The notes beneath the pieces were generated by a model. The model worked only from the letters and a program-made list of their open reading frames with translations. It ran no database searches and was not told the origin of the DNA. DNA of 63,967 nt, filler included, from an uncultured Methanospirillum sp. (GTDB lineage Archaea > Halobacteriota > Methanomicrobia > Methanomicrobiales > Methanospirillaceae): assembly GCA_964637135.1 (NCBI GenBank). It is 3 parts of 3 records of this genome, joined end to end, with 100 filler letters (N's around TTAATTAATTAA, not from the genome) between each part and the next. Parts side by side here need not be neighbours in the genome. Positions count along the whole stretch, not along the records: positions 30,469 to 60,292 come from CAZWTX010000033.1; 2 more parts are not named here. One strand, 5' to 3'. Shown here piece by piece: positions 33,467 through 43,612 of this stretch; position 1 is the first letter of the stretch, and each line of letters begins with the position of its first letter. The position numbers and the translations under genes were made by a program.

Positions 33467-35236
33467 TTATTCGTCAGAGCCCTGGTAGTAGTATTCGCCC
33501 CGGCTCTTCTGGTCACGATCAAGGAACGAACCCGGTTTGTTAATCCGTGGCCTGCCGCTTTTATCCCGCCGGAATGTTACTTCAAGGGAGGAGAGGAACC
33601 GGTTCATGCCGGTCCGCATGTCAAACGGCCCGGTGGCTTCACCTTTCTGGCCGGGGATACCATCGAAGACGAGCAGCCGGTCACTGATGATGTCGACTAC
33701 GTAGATGTCATGATCGATGACCAGCACGGCCGCTTCCTTTCCCTCGACCTGGCTTCTGAATACCTTGGTGAGGAGTACCCGCTGTTCGACATCCAGGTGG
33801 GCGCTCGGCTCGTCAAGGATGTAGAGATCGGCCGGCCGGGCGAGGCAGGCAGCGATCGCAACCCGCTGGAGTTCTCCGCCGGAGAGCGTGTTTATCGGGG
33901 ACTGGAGGATCTGGTGGAGGAAGAGTGGTTCGAGGATATCATGCTGGAACTGGGGTGATTCGAACCGTTTTGTGATCTGCCGGAGATAGAACTCAACCGT
34001 GTCAGAGGTATCCCCCTTGAGGTACTGGGGTTTATACGAGATCGTGACAGTACTCGTCATCTCCCCGGTATCGGGTTTTTCAACCCCGGCAAGGAGTTTT
34101 GCATAGGTCGATTTCCCGATCCCGTTCGCACCGACGATCCCGACCACCTCGCCGGCCTTGATCTCACCGCCATGAACCATCAGGTGGAACCGGTCATATT
34201 TTCGTTCCATCGGGGGGATTTCGACAAGGGAAAGTTTTTCCGCCCCCTTCTCATGGGCCCGTGTCTCGAAGGCGACCTTGTAGTCCCTGAACCGGACATT
34301 CTCCTCGTCCAGGAATCCCTCAAGGTACTGGTTGATTCCTACCCTGACTCCCTTCGGCTTGGTGATAATACCGAATACCGCCGGTTTTCCGTACCCGATA
34401 TGCACAGTATCGGCGAGCATATCGAGGATCGCAATATCATGCTCGATGATGATGACCGGTTTTTCCGCAGCGATCTCACGTATCGCAGATGCGGCTGCCA
34501 TCCGTTGGTAGATGTCCAGGTACGGAGTGACTTCGTCAAGGAAGTAGAAATCGGCTTCGCGGGCCAGGGCCGCTACCAGGGCTACCCGCTGGAGTTCTCC
34601 GCCGGAGAGGTTCTGGATCTCCTGGTCCCGGATGTCTCTCAGCGAGAGGAGATCCAGGTAATGATCCAGTTGTCCCCGCTCATCGGTGGTCTTTAAGAGA
34701 TCGATGACCTTTCCCTGGAAGACTTTCGGGATGACGTCGATATACTGGGGTTTTACCGAGACCTTTAATCCGCCCTTCGCGATGAGCTGGAGGTACTCAA
34801 AGAGTTCTGTCCCGGTGTATTTTTTCAGAATGGATTCCCATTCTGCCTTTTCCTCGAAGATACCTAGGTTCGGGACAAGCTGGCCGGAGAGGATCTTGAT
34901 CGATGTGGACTTTCCAATCCCGTTTGCCCCGAGTACCCCGGTGACCTTCCCCTGGACCGGGGCCGGAAGGCCGTACAGGACGAAACTGTTCGGTCCGTAC
35001 CGGTGGGTGGGGTATTCCAGTTCTTCGGGAAGGGTGATGATATCTATCGCTTCAAACGGGCATTTCTTGACGCAGATTCCGCATCCGACACAGAGTTCCT
35101 CGGAGATGAGGGCCTTGCCGTTTTCATCGAGGACGATGGTCTCGTCCCCGGTCCTGACCCGGGGACAGTAGAGGATACACTCGCTTCCGCATTTCCGGGA
35201 GTGGCACCTGTCCTGGTGAACGACTGCTATCCGCAT
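33467..35236 (-). CDS. rli: Ribosome recycling ATPase ABCE1 (RLI)
   Basis: N-terminal Fe-S cysteines and two ABC domains (GANGIGKST, LSGGELQR). Confidence 0.95.
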   Translation of the reverse strand: MRIAVVHQDRCHSRKCGSECILYCPRVRTGDETIVLDENGKALISEELCVGCGICVKKCPFEAIDIITLPEELEYPTHRYGPNSFVLYGLPAPVQGKVTGVLGANGIGKSTSIKILSGQLVPNLGIFEEKAEWESILKKYTGTELFEYLQLIAKGGLKVSVKPQYIDVIPKVFQGKVIDLLKTTDERGQLDHYLDLLSLRDIRDQEIQNLSGGELQRVALVAALAREADFYFLDEVTPYLDIYQRMAAASAIREIAAEKPVIIIEHDIAILDMLADTVHIGYGKPAVFGIITKPKGVRVGINQYLEGFLDEENVRFRDYKVAFETRAHEKGAEKLSLVEIPPMERKYDRFHLMVHGGEIKAGEVVGIVGANGIGKSTYAKLLAGVEKPDTGEMTSTVTISYKPQYLKGDTSDTVEFYLRQITKRFESPQFQHDILEPLFLHQILQSPINTLSGGELQRVAIAACLARPADLYILDEPSAHLDVEQRVLLTKVFRSQVEGKEAAVLVIDHDIYVVDIISDRLLVFDGIPGQKGEATGPFDMRTGMNRFLSSLEVTFRRDKSGRPRINKPGSFLDRDQKSRGEYYYQGSDE

Positions 35237-35242
35237 GGTCGA

Positions 35243-35614
35243 TCAGGCCGTCATTCCTGCCTGATTCGAGAGCAGGATCGTCCAGGAAACAAACCAGAAC
35301 GAGAATGTCATGAACGCCTGGTAAAACCAGTCTTTCTTCTGGAGCCGCTCGGGATGCAATTTCAGCAGCATAAAAATATGTTTCTGGATGAGGATACAGG
35401 CTACCAGAACCAGCAGGGGAAAGATGATCGAACGGGCTCCTCCGGCTGCAGCAGCCGCTGCTTCGGCATACAGGCAGATGAGCGCTGCGATCAGGCCGGC
35501 AGCCACCGCGATGAGGGTTCGGGTTATCCTCCCGGTAAAGTCTTCCGGTTCAGGAGCTGCCGGCGGAGCGGGCTTTTCTGATTCCGGTGATATTTGTATG
35601 GATTCGTCTGACAT
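35243..35614 (-). CDS. EMC6-like three-helix membrane protein
   Basis: Three hydrophobic segments, KDWFYQAFMTFSFWFVSWTILL, and position upstream of ABCE1. Confidence 0.7.
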   Translation of the reverse strand: MSDESIQISPESEKPAPPAAPEPEDFTGRITRTLIAVAAGLIAALICLYAEAAAAAAGGARSIIFPLLVLVACILIQKHIFMLLKLHPERLQKKDWFYQAFMTFSFWFVSWTILLSNQAGMTA

Positions 35615-35669
35615 TCGACCAATTGTCTTATTTTTTTAGTATTGAGTCCATATCTAATTTGGTATTACT

Positions 35670-37556
35670 ATGGCAACCGTGCAGGGAATGAGCGGTGTGG
35701 ATCTGGTGGCTGTTACCGCCGAGCTGCGACGGATGCTGCCGCTCTGGATTCACAAGGTCTACCAGCGGGAAGACCGGGTCTGTGTCATCAGACTGAATAA
35801 TAAGGATCGGGAGAAGTCAACCCTCCTGATTGATCCGGGCAGGCGGTTTCACCTGCTTGCACAGATGCCCCCGATGCCTCAGATTCCCCCCGCCTTTGCG
35901 ATGTTTCTCCGGAAATACCTCACCGGGGGACGGGTGGATGACGTCAGGCAACAGGGGCTGACAAGAACGGTCGTCATGGATATCCGCAAGAGCGACCAGG
36001 TTTACCATCTCATCATCGAAGTCTTCGATGACGGGAATATCATTCTGTGTGGTGAGGATTACACGATTATCCAGCCGCTCACAAGGCAGCGGTTCAAGGA
36101 CCGGGACATCTTTCCCGGACAGCCGTATATTTTCCCGCCGGCTGACATCAGTCTCATCACCCCGGCAGCGTTTGATGAGCAGCTGAAGCAGGATGATCGT
36201 GACATTATTCGTGCCCTTGCCATCGGATCGTATCTCGGCGGGATGTATGCCGAGTACATCTGCCGGGAAACCGGCACTCAAAAGGATACCCTGGCTGCAT
36301 CGGCAGATGCGGAGGCGATCCATGCCGCTGTTCACCGGCTTCTTGACCGGGTGGTCTCCACTCCCGAACCGGTAATCACGAAGACCGGGTGCCACCCACT
36401 CGATCTCGGCGGGGAGGTTCTCTCCCGGTATGACCGGATGAACGATGCCCTTGCTGCTTACTTCCCCGATACCGTGGAGAAAGAGAAGAAAGCGGAAAAA
36501 CAGAAGATCTCCCGTGAAGACCGGATCCGCCACCAGCAGGCGGAAGCGATAAAGAAGTTCGAGAAGACCATCGAGAAAAACGAGCTTCTTGCCGCAACGC
36601 TCTACGAGCAGTACCAGGAGGTGACCGGGGTCATTGACACCCTCGCAAAGGCATCGGCGACCCGGTCATGGCAGGAGATCGAGGAGATCATCAGGAAAGA
36701 CACCTCCGGAGCCGGTACAAAGATACTGAAGATATACCCTGAGGATGCCGCGGTGGATCTCGATCTCGGCGTCGTGGCACGGATATACGTTAATGAGAGC
36801 ATCGATCAAAATGCCGGCCGGTACTACGACCAGGTCAAGCGGTTCAGGCGGAAACTGGCCGGGGCGAAAGCCGCGATGGAGCGGGAGGTTGCCCGGACGG
36901 TGAAGAAAAAGACCGGATATGCACGACCGAAGAAACGCTGGTTTGACCGGTTCCGCTGGTTTTACACCTCTGATAACGTGCTTGTCATCGGGGGGCGTGA
37001 TGCCGGGCAGAACGAGGAACTCGTGAAGAAGTACCTTGAGGGAAAGGATACCTTTGTCCATGCCGATGTGCACGGGGCAAGTGTTGTTATTGTCAAGGGC
37101 GAGACTGCTCACCTGGACGAGGTAGCCGTCTTTGCGGTTGTCTATTCCGGTGCCTGGCGGGCCGGGCACGGGGCTGCGGATGTCTACGCCGCACGGGCAG
37201 ACCAGGTCTCAAAGACCGCAGAATCTGGTGAATATCTCTCCCGTGGTTCGTTTGTCGTGAGAGGCGAGCGAACCTGGTACCGCGATGTCCTGCTTGAGGT
37301 TGCAGTCGGTCTGCAGAAACGGCCGGAGGCACGGATCATCGGCGGCCCGGTCTCCGCAGTCAGGCCCCGGTCTGACCAGGTGATCACTCTCCGTCCGGGG
37401 ACATTCGAGCCGAATGATGCCGCAAAGAAAGTGGTCAGGATCCTCCGTGACCGGCTCCCTCCCGAGGACCAGAAGGCGCTCAAGTTTGCCCTGAACACGG
37501 AAGCGGTCGCCTTCTTCATCCCACCCGGCGGTTCGGAGATCCTGGAGCAGGAATGA
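35670..37556 (+). CDS. rqcH: Ribosome quality control factor RqcH (NEMF/NFACT)
   Basis: MSGVDL, FAMFLRK, GNIIL, WFDRFRWF, GGRDAGQNE and HADVHGA motifs. Confidence 0.92.
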   Translation: MATVQGMSGVDLVAVTAELRRMLPLWIHKVYQREDRVCVIRLNNKDREKSTLLIDPGRRFHLLAQMPPMPQIPPAFAMFLRKYLTGGRVDDVRQQGLTRTVVMDIRKSDQVYHLIIEVFDDGNIILCGEDYTIIQPLTRQRFKDRDIFPGQPYIFPPADISLITPAAFDEQLKQDDRDIIRALAIGSYLGGMYAEYICRETGTQKDTLAASADAEAIHAAVHRLLDRVVSTPEPVITKTGCHPLDLGGEVLSRYDRMNDALAAYFPDTVEKEKKAEKQKISREDRIRHQQAEAIKKFEKTIEKNELLAATLYEQYQEVTGVIDTLAKASATRSWQEIEEIIRKDTSGAGTKILKIYPEDAAVDLDLGVVARIYVNESIDQNAGRYYDQVKRFRRKLAGAKAAMEREVARTVKKKTGYARPKKRWFDRFRWFYTSDNVLVIGGRDAGQNEELVKKYLEGKDTFVHADVHGASVVIVKGETAHLDEVAVFAVVYSGAWRAGHGAADVYAARADQVSKTAESGEYLSRGSFVVRGERTWYRDVLLEVAVGLQKRPEARIIGGPVSAVRPRSDQVITLRPGTFEPNDAAKKVVRILRDRLPPEDQKALKFALNTEAVAFFIPPGGSEILEQE

Positions 37557-38578
37557 AGGCAGAGATCGGGGAATTGCAGCGTTCATACGGGGAGATCAGG
37601 CTCTTCCCTGAGAACAGCGACGATCTCTGGCATCTCCAGCATCTGATCCTCCCCGGCACGCTTGTTTTTGCAACCACGCTCAGGAGCGTGGAAGGATCCC
37701 AGGACAAGATCCGCCCGGAGAAACAGGAAAAACGGCCGGTCCGTCTTGGAATCAGGGTCGAGCAGGTGGAATTCCATGAGTATACCGTCCGGCTCAGGGT
37801 CTTCGGGCTCATCGAGCAGGGGGTGGACGCCGGTTCCCATCACACCCTGAACCTTGAACCGGGATACGAGATCTCGGTGATTAAATCCTGGTCTCAGGCA
37901 GATCTCGAACGAATCGAGCGTGCGGTAGCGAGTGCAGCATCCGACGCAGTGCATATCCTTGCCGTCGAGGAAGGGGAGGCCGAACTATACCGGATTCACG
38001 GGTATGGTCCCCGGCAGGTGTTTGCCCTGACCCTTGGCAGCGGAAAAGGCAATGAGGTCTCCACCCGTGACGAGTTTTACCAGGAGATAGCAAAGGCAGC
38101 CGCACTGGTGACCGGCCCGCTCATCATCGCCGGTCCCGGTTTTATCAAGGAAGATGCTGCCGTCCGAATCCGTCTGGCTGACCCGGATCGGCGATCCCCT
38201 CTCCTGGTAGTCGAGACGAGACGAAGCGGGAGGGGAGCAGTGCAGGAAGTCATCGGGCAGGGAGTCCTGGAACGGCTCTCCGGGGATCTCCAGCTCGCCC
38301 GTGAGGTCGGGTATCTCGATGAACTGATGGCCAGAATCGCAAAAGATGAACCGGCTGCCTACGGGATGGAGGAAGTCTCGGCAGCTGTTGAATGCGGGGC
38401 CGCTGCAACGCTCCTTGTCATCGATACCGGGCTGTCAGATCCACGGTTCGCCGGTCTTATCCGCCGGGCCGAAGAGATGCGATCTGAAGTGGTCATCTTC
38501 TCGTCCCGGTTTGAACCCGGCGAACGGCTTTCCGGGCTTGGCGGGGTTGCCGCCCTGCTCAGGTATGCCATCACCTGA
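37553..38578 (+). CDS. pelA: mRNA surveillance protein Pelota
   Basis: DDLWHL, GSHHTL, AGPGF and LGGVAALLRY motifs. Confidence 0.93.
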   Translation: MKAEIGELQRSYGEIRLFPENSDDLWHLQHLILPGTLVFATTLRSVEGSQDKIRPEKQEKRPVRLGIRVEQVEFHEYTVRLRVFGLIEQGVDAGSHHTLNLEPGYEISVIKSWSQADLERIERAVASAASDAVHILAVEEGEAELYRIHGYGPRQVFALTLGSGKGNEVSTRDEFYQEIAKAAALVTGPLIIAGPGFIKEDAAVRIRLADPDRRSPLLVVETRRSGRGAVQEVIGQGVLERLSGDLQLAREVGYLDELMARIAKDEPAAYGMEEVSAAVECGAAATLLVIDTGLSDPRFAGLIRRAEEMRSEVVIFSSRFEPGERLSGLGGVAALLRYAIT

Positions 38579-38625
38579 TCCAGCCGGGGATGGACGGATC
38601 GCCGGGGAATCAGAGTCCCCGGTGT

Positions 38626-39414
38626 TCAGAGCGAGAGGACCAGTTCAACCGGGCAGTGATCTGAACCCATCACCCCGGTCCGGATCGATGCCCCGGATAC
38701 GGCTCCCCGTACCGATTCGTGGACGAAGAAATAGTCTATTCGCCAGCCGACGTTCCTGCTCCGTGCACGGGTTTTGTAATCCCACCAACTGTAGTGGCCG
38801 GTTCCCGTAGTAAACATCCGAAAACTGTCGAGGAACCCGGCAGCAGACAGCCGGTCAATCCAGGCACGTTCCTCGGGGAGAAATCCGGAGACCGTCGCAT
38901 TCTCTTTTGGCCTCGCGAGGTCGTCGGGTGTATGGGCGGTGTTGACATCGCCACAGACGATCACCCGCTCTCCCCGGACGGTCAGATCAGAGATGAATGC
39001 AAGGAATGCATCATAAAAGGCGAGCTTGTATTTCAGGCGTTCGTCTGATGCGCCGCCGTTCGGGAAATAGACATTGATGAGAGTGAACCCCGGGTACCGG
39101 GAGATGATGGTCCGCCCTTCATTGTCAAAGGACGGGTGAAACCCCATGACAATGCTATCTGGTTCGGTCCGGCAGTAGATACCTGTACCGCTGTACCCTT
39201 TCCGCTCGGCAGGATTGAGATAGAAGAAGTACCCCGGGATCCGGTAGGTTCCGGCCGGAAGCGTCCGTGGATCTGCCTTCGTCTCCTGGAGGCAGAAGAT
39301 ATCTGCCCCATCAGTTTCGATAAACCGGGGAAAGGTAAGACCCGGGGCGACCTCTTTCTGGAAGATCGCTTTCAGGCCGTTTACATTCCAGGAAAGAAGC
39401 CGGACGGTTCCCAT
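38626..39414 (-). CDS. xth: Exodeoxyribonuclease III
   Basis: SWNVNG, LQETK, GYSG, GDVN, GWRIDY and SDHCP motifs. Confidence 0.95.
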   Translation of the reverse strand: MGTVRLLSWNVNGLKAIFQKEVAPGLTFPRFIETDGADIFCLQETKADPRTLPAGTYRIPGYFFYLNPAERKGYSGTGIYCRTEPDSIVMGFHPSFDNEGRTIISRYPGFTLINVYFPNGGASDERLKYKLAFYDAFLAFISDLTVRGERVIVCGDVNTAHTPDDLARPKENATVSGFLPEERAWIDRLSAAGFLDSFRMFTTGTGHYSWWDYKTRARSRNVGWRIDYFFVHESVRGAVSGASIRTGVMGSDHCPVELVLSL

Positions 39415-40136
39415 CAGCTGATCCCAAACCGCCGGAGGGCTTTGAGGGTGTTGTGAGCGCTCCTGAATGTCGGCTGGTCGATAATCCCCCGGGCCCCGTT
39501 CGCATAGATAGACGTTGCGACCTGCTCGAAGTTGATCGATCCTTTCCCGATCTCCAGGTGCTCGTCGTCAAATCCCCGGTTATCGTACAGGTAGATGTAC
39601 CGGGCACCTGCTTCACTGAGCATCTGCGGGAGACACCCGTTCATGTGGGCATGGCCGAGATCGAGGGCAAGCGGGATACTGCTCATCATGTTCAGGTCTT
39701 CAGGGTTCCTGATCAGGTTAAGCGGGCTTTTCCCCAGGTTTCGAAGCAGAAAACTGACCCCGTATTCGTCAGCCGCCCTGATGAGATCAGAACACGACCT
39801 GGCGAGTTGTTTCTTTGCCTGGGGGAGATCTGCCGGCGAATAAAGGGAGCCTGAATCGATGATCACCTCGGCATTGATCTCAGAGGCAAAGGAGAGCCGT
39901 TCCGTGACAACGGCTACCGATGCCTGCCTGACCGGTTCCAGGATACTGGCAATATTGATATCCCGGTGGGGAAGCCGTATCGAGTACCGGTAGGGAAATG
40001 ATTCAAGGAGCGATATCGAAGGAATACGGTGAAGACCCCCGTCAACCACTTCTACTCCCCTCGTTATCGTTCCAAGACTTTCCAGTGCAGAATCAAGTGG
40101 TGCGTCCCGAAGACACCTCGTAGATATCCAGAGCAT
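39414..40136 (-). CDS. Xylose isomerase/AP-endonuclease-2-type TIM barrel with degenerate metal sites
   Basis: DINIAS, LDLGHA, DN...DEHL.IGKGSINF motifs; TGATG overlap with xth. Confidence 0.7.
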   Translation of the reverse strand: MLWISTRCLRDAPLDSALESLGTITRGVEVVDGGLHRIPSISLLESFPYRYSIRLPHRDINIASILEPVRQASVAVVTERLSFASEINAEVIIDSGSLYSPADLPQAKKQLARSCSDLIRAADEYGVSFLLRNLGKSPLNLIRNPEDLNMMSSIPLALDLGHAHMNGCLPQMLSEAGARYIYLYDNRGFDDEHLEIGKGSINFEQVATSIYANGARGIIDQPTFRSAHNTLKALRRFGIS

Positions 40137-40285
40137 AATTTACCCAACCCATCAGGAAAACACATTCCTGCCGCGAAGGCAGTATGACAAACAATAGTTT
40201 GACCTATAAGTATCAATCCGTTTCGGATTGTCCGGCCCTGCCAGGTTCGCAGCTTTTATCCGGGTGCATCAGTAACATATGTGGT

Positions 40286-40477
40286 ATGGCACTGACCAAA
40301 GACTCGACAATTCTGGAGGTTCTCCAGGAAAAACCCGATGCCGGAGCGATATTTGCACGGTTTGGCATGGGATGTGTCGGATGCGCAATCAGCCGTGGCG
40401 AGACGGTTGCACAGGCAGCTGCAGCCCACGGAATACCGATGTCCGATCTGCTTTCAGCACTCGGCATCGAGTCCTGA
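40286..40477 (+). CDS. DUF1858-domain small protein
   Basis: GMGCVGC...ETV...AAAHGI motif. Confidence 0.8.
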   Translation: MALTKDSTILEVLQEKPDAGAIFARFGMGCVGCAISRGETVAQAAAAHGIPMSDLLSALGIES

Positions 40478-40498
40478 ACTTTTTTTAAAAAAATTAAT

Positions 40499-41446
40499 TC
40501 AGAGGTACCCGAAGGATTTCAGGGTAACATCCGGATTTGTTTCACCGACGTGGTAGACCTTTCCTTCGGTGAGTTCATTGATGGTCACTTCGGCCGGAGA
40601 GAAGAGTGACGTGTCAATCTGGTAAAAGTCAAAGTTTGCTTCCTTGAAGATCTCGTAAAACGGCTTTCCGTATCCCTTTGACTTGTTGCTCGGAATCTTC
40701 TCGAGGTAGTCTTTGATCTCCGGTGCCTTCATCGTCAGGTTGATCTGGCCATGGTAGATGGTGGCATCGTTGGTCGTACCCATGGCCTTGGTGGCATCTG
40801 CCTTGACCGGCGGAATCGGGGCACAGCCGATGGCTGCCGAAATCTTCCGGGTATCAAATCCAAGTTCGTTCAGCTTGTAAATGGCGGTCTCGACACAGCG
40901 GCCGGAGACCTGGATGGACCCGACAATAGATGCGGTCGGTGCGACGACGGCACAGAGGTTCTCAACCTCGATCCCACACTCCTTTGCGATCTTCTCCATG
41001 ACCTCACCGTTTGGAAGGTGATCTGATTCCAGAGCGATGACTGCGTCATCGCTCTCGTCCTCGTACCCGATCACTTCGTAGGTATGCTTGGGCTTGAGGG
41101 CGAGGGCCCGGGCCGGGCCGGAACCCATCGCAAAGAAGTTGCCGACCTTGACCGTCCACCCTGCCTTCTGTGCACCGAGACAGGAGATTGCCGGGAAATC
41201 TGTGCAGACTTCGACGAACGGCATCGGAACATGCTTGATCTGACCCATCCGGAAATTGACTTCTCCAAGACCCCCCATACAGATCTCAGTGAAAGCCCGG
41301 CCGGCTGCATATCCTCCGGTAACCGCTACGCCACAGTCCACGATCTTGGCACCGTTGTCAAGCTCGTGATATGCGACATTAAAATCTTCAGAATAATTAG
41401 CGAGATTATCAAAAATCTCAAGAGCAAGTTCATTAACACTTATCAC
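40499..41446 (-). CDS. mch: Methenyl-tetrahydromethanopterin cyclohydrolase
   Basis: SVNE, ICMGGLG, QKAGW, GSGPARALA, MGTTND and DFYQIDTSLFSPA motifs. Confidence 0.96.
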   Translation of the reverse strand: MISVNELALEIFDNLANYSEDFNVAYHELDNGAKIVDCGVAVTGGYAAGRAFTEICMGGLGEVNFRMGQIKHVPMPFVEVCTDFPAISCLGAQKAGWTVKVGNFFAMGSGPARALALKPKHTYEVIGYEDESDDAVIALESDHLPNGEVMEKIAKECGIEVENLCAVVAPTASIVGSIQVSGRCVETAIYKLNELGFDTRKISAAIGCAPIPPVKADATKAMGTTNDATIYHGQINLTMKAPEIKDYLEKIPSNKSKGYGKPFYEIFKEANFDFYQIDTSLFSPAEVTINELTEGKVYHVGETNPDVTLKSFGYL

Positions 41447-41525
41447 GTTCGAACCCCCGAGGAGTACACTTACATCTCATGTGCTCTTGTATTGAACCCT
41501 TCGTTTTGGCAGCGGGACCGCTATA

Positions 41526-42650
41526 TTAAAGATAGGAGAGTACTTTATCGGGTTCGTACCGGAGATTTATGAGCCGTGTCCGTCCCCGCCCGTCCCTGAA
41601 CTGAAGGTTGATGAGTCGGAGGGCATCCAGTTTCTGAATAATCTCATAATACGTGGTATACCCAACCTTTACCTGCTTTTTCACCGCCGGGTAGATATCC
41701 CCGGTCGTGAGCTGGCTGTCTCCATCCGATGCCTCTGTAATAATCTTCAGGACGGTTTTCTCATCCTTGCTGAGCGAGCGGATGCTGTACTGGAGGTGGA
41801 TGTACCGCGAGATCCGGTATGCGCCTGATATGTGATCCCGTGAGATTGCCCGCTCTGCATCATGTTCGGCAGCAAGCGTGGCCCGTTTGAGGAGATCAAT
41901 CCCGACCCGCATATCTCCTGAAGTCATGGTATGCGTGACGACCAGTTCAAGGAGGTCATCGGAGAGAACTCCCGGGTAGAGGCCCTGCATCACCCGCTCT
42001 TTTAAGATCTGGAAGACTTCTGCCTCCGAGTACGGGGGAAAGTAGATCTCGGTCGGGGCAAAGACCGAGGTGACCCTGATGTCGAGTTCCCGGCTCATAT
42101 CCACGTCCATGTCAGAGACGATAACGAGAACCCCGATCCTCGTTCCGGGAAATGTCTCGTGTGATCTGAGGAGGAGGTAGAGTATCTTGTTCAGTTCGTT
42201 CTCGTAGAGGAGGTAGTTGGCATCGTCGAGGGCAACAACAATCACCCGGTCCTGATCGATCATCGTCTGGGCAATGGCCTCATATACCCTTTTGAACGAG
42301 TTGCCGGCAGCCGACGGGTTGTGACCAGTCAGGGCGCGGTATATTTGAGAGAGAACGCCGAACCGGGTGTTTTCCATCTGGCAGTTGAGATGCACCGGTA
42401 TCATCTTCGAGTTCATCTCGTCGATGTCTGCGAAGAGTTTCTTGACCGATGTTGTCTTGCCGGTCCCCGGCGTTCCTTTGACGATGGCATTGAGCGGCCT
42501 GCCACCTTTGAGGCCGGGCCGCAGGAGGTAGGCCATCTCACGCATCTGGTTCTCCCGGTAATTGAACTGGTCAGGGATGTAATCTATCTCAAAGACATCA
42601 GGATCCCGGAACAGGGTCTCATCCCACATCAGCATGCTTCGTGATGGCAT
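41526..42650 (-). CDS. cdc6: Orc1/Cdc6 replication initiator
   Basis: GTPGTGKT, ALDD, FPPYS and GDMR motifs with a C-terminal winged helix (GRGRTR). Confidence 0.92.
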   Translation of the reverse strand: MPSRSMLMWDETLFRDPDVFEIDYIPDQFNYRENQMREMAYLLRPGLKGGRPLNAIVKGTPGTGKTTSVKKLFADIDEMNSKMIPVHLNCQMENTRFGVLSQIYRALTGHNPSAAGNSFKRVYEAIAQTMIDQDRVIVVALDDANYLLYENELNKILYLLLRSHETFPGTRIGVLVIVSDMDVDMSRELDIRVTSVFAPTEIYFPPYSEAEVFQILKERVMQGLYPGVLSDDLLELVVTHTMTSGDMRVGIDLLKRATLAAEHDAERAISRDHISGAYRISRYIHLQYSIRSLSKDEKTVLKIITEASDGDSQLTTGDIYPAVKKQVKVGYTTYYEIIQKLDALRLINLQFRDGRGRTRLINLRYEPDKVLSYL

Positions 42651-42791
42651 ACACATCTCTCCCGGTCTCAGGTCGCATGGACCTGCCGCCCGTTTCAGTA
42701 TAATCGGCCTTTCAACGAGATATACCGTCCGGTACTGCGAACCGTGACAATTCACCCGGATGATACCCGGCCGGGCAAAAAATGGGGAGGT

Positions 42792-43439
42792 TCAGATGTT
42801 CCGGGTTCCGTTCCAGGTTTGCACGAGATCAGATTCGTCGTATCCGTACACGCCGGTGTACCGGTCGTGATCATCTCCGATGGTGAAGAGGAATTTACCG
42901 GTTTCGGTCCAGGTCCCCTCGAACCGGTTTCCGTCATCAGAGACCGTTCCGTTAACCTGGGCAACCTCGGTCTCGTTCGTGTCGGTGGGAACAATCGTGC
43001 CTGAAAGCCTGGTTCCATCTCCGGCAAGGGTTAGGATATAGGTGGCCGATTGCCATACGCCGGGGATACCACCGGTCCCGTTCCGGGTGTATGTTTCAAA
43101 CTCGTTGTACCCCCAGAGGACATCTGCCGATTGCCGGTCATCGGAGAGGTTCATGGTTATCGGGCCGATGTCAGTCCAGAATCCGGAAACCTCCTTTCCG
43201 TCCCCGCTGACCGTTCCTTCAAGGGTACTGGAGAGGAGCGTTATTCCCTCTGCCGGGGTATAGATCCCGGTCATTTCAGATCCTGTCTGGGTGATGTCGA
43301 CAGTCGCGTTCACTTCAGTACGCCATGACCCGGTCCAGAGATCGACTGCGTCGGTGATGACAATCTCCCCGGCTGCACAGGCCGCAGGAACGAGGGCAGT
43401 TATACACAGAAAAATCAACAGGCACCATTCTTTTTTCAT
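42792..43439 (-). CDS. Secreted beta-rich repeat protein (paralog A)
   Basis: Signal peptide, WTGSW and repeated GTVSxDG...GxWxxxG; paralog of 43982-44632. Confidence 0.75.
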   Translation of the reverse strand: MKKEWCLLIFLCITALVPAACAAGEIVITDAVDLWTGSWRTEVNATVDITQTGSEMTGIYTPAEGITLLSSTLEGTVSGDGKEVSGFWTDIGPITMNLSDDRQSADVLWGYNEFETYTRNGTGGIPGVWQSATYILTLAGDGTRLSGTIVPTDTNETEVAQVNGTVSDDGNRFEGTWTETGKFLFTIGDDHDRYTGVYGYDESDLVQTWNGTRNI

Positions 43440-43568
43440 ACCAGTACTCACTCCCACACGAAGTGGTCAGAACGAAGAGATGATCCTGCAGCGGTTAATG
43501 CTATCTTTTCGGTTTCCGAAAACGAACCGTCCGGGATCGTATGCCGGGTGGCTATGAACAGAGAAGAT

Positions 43569-43612
43569 CTACGAGAAGAGGAGAACTATGAGAAGAGTAA
43601 CTACGAGAAGAG
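43569..43612. repeat. Three copies of CTAYGAGAAGAG (last codons and stop of the apgM remnant)
   Basis: Copies at 43569-43580, 43586-43597 and 43601-43612. Confidence 0.85.

Noticed and set aside
42651..42791. Replication origin next to cdc6
   Set aside because: No ORB-like TTCCA...GGAAA/G-string repeats or AT-rich unwinding element are visible.
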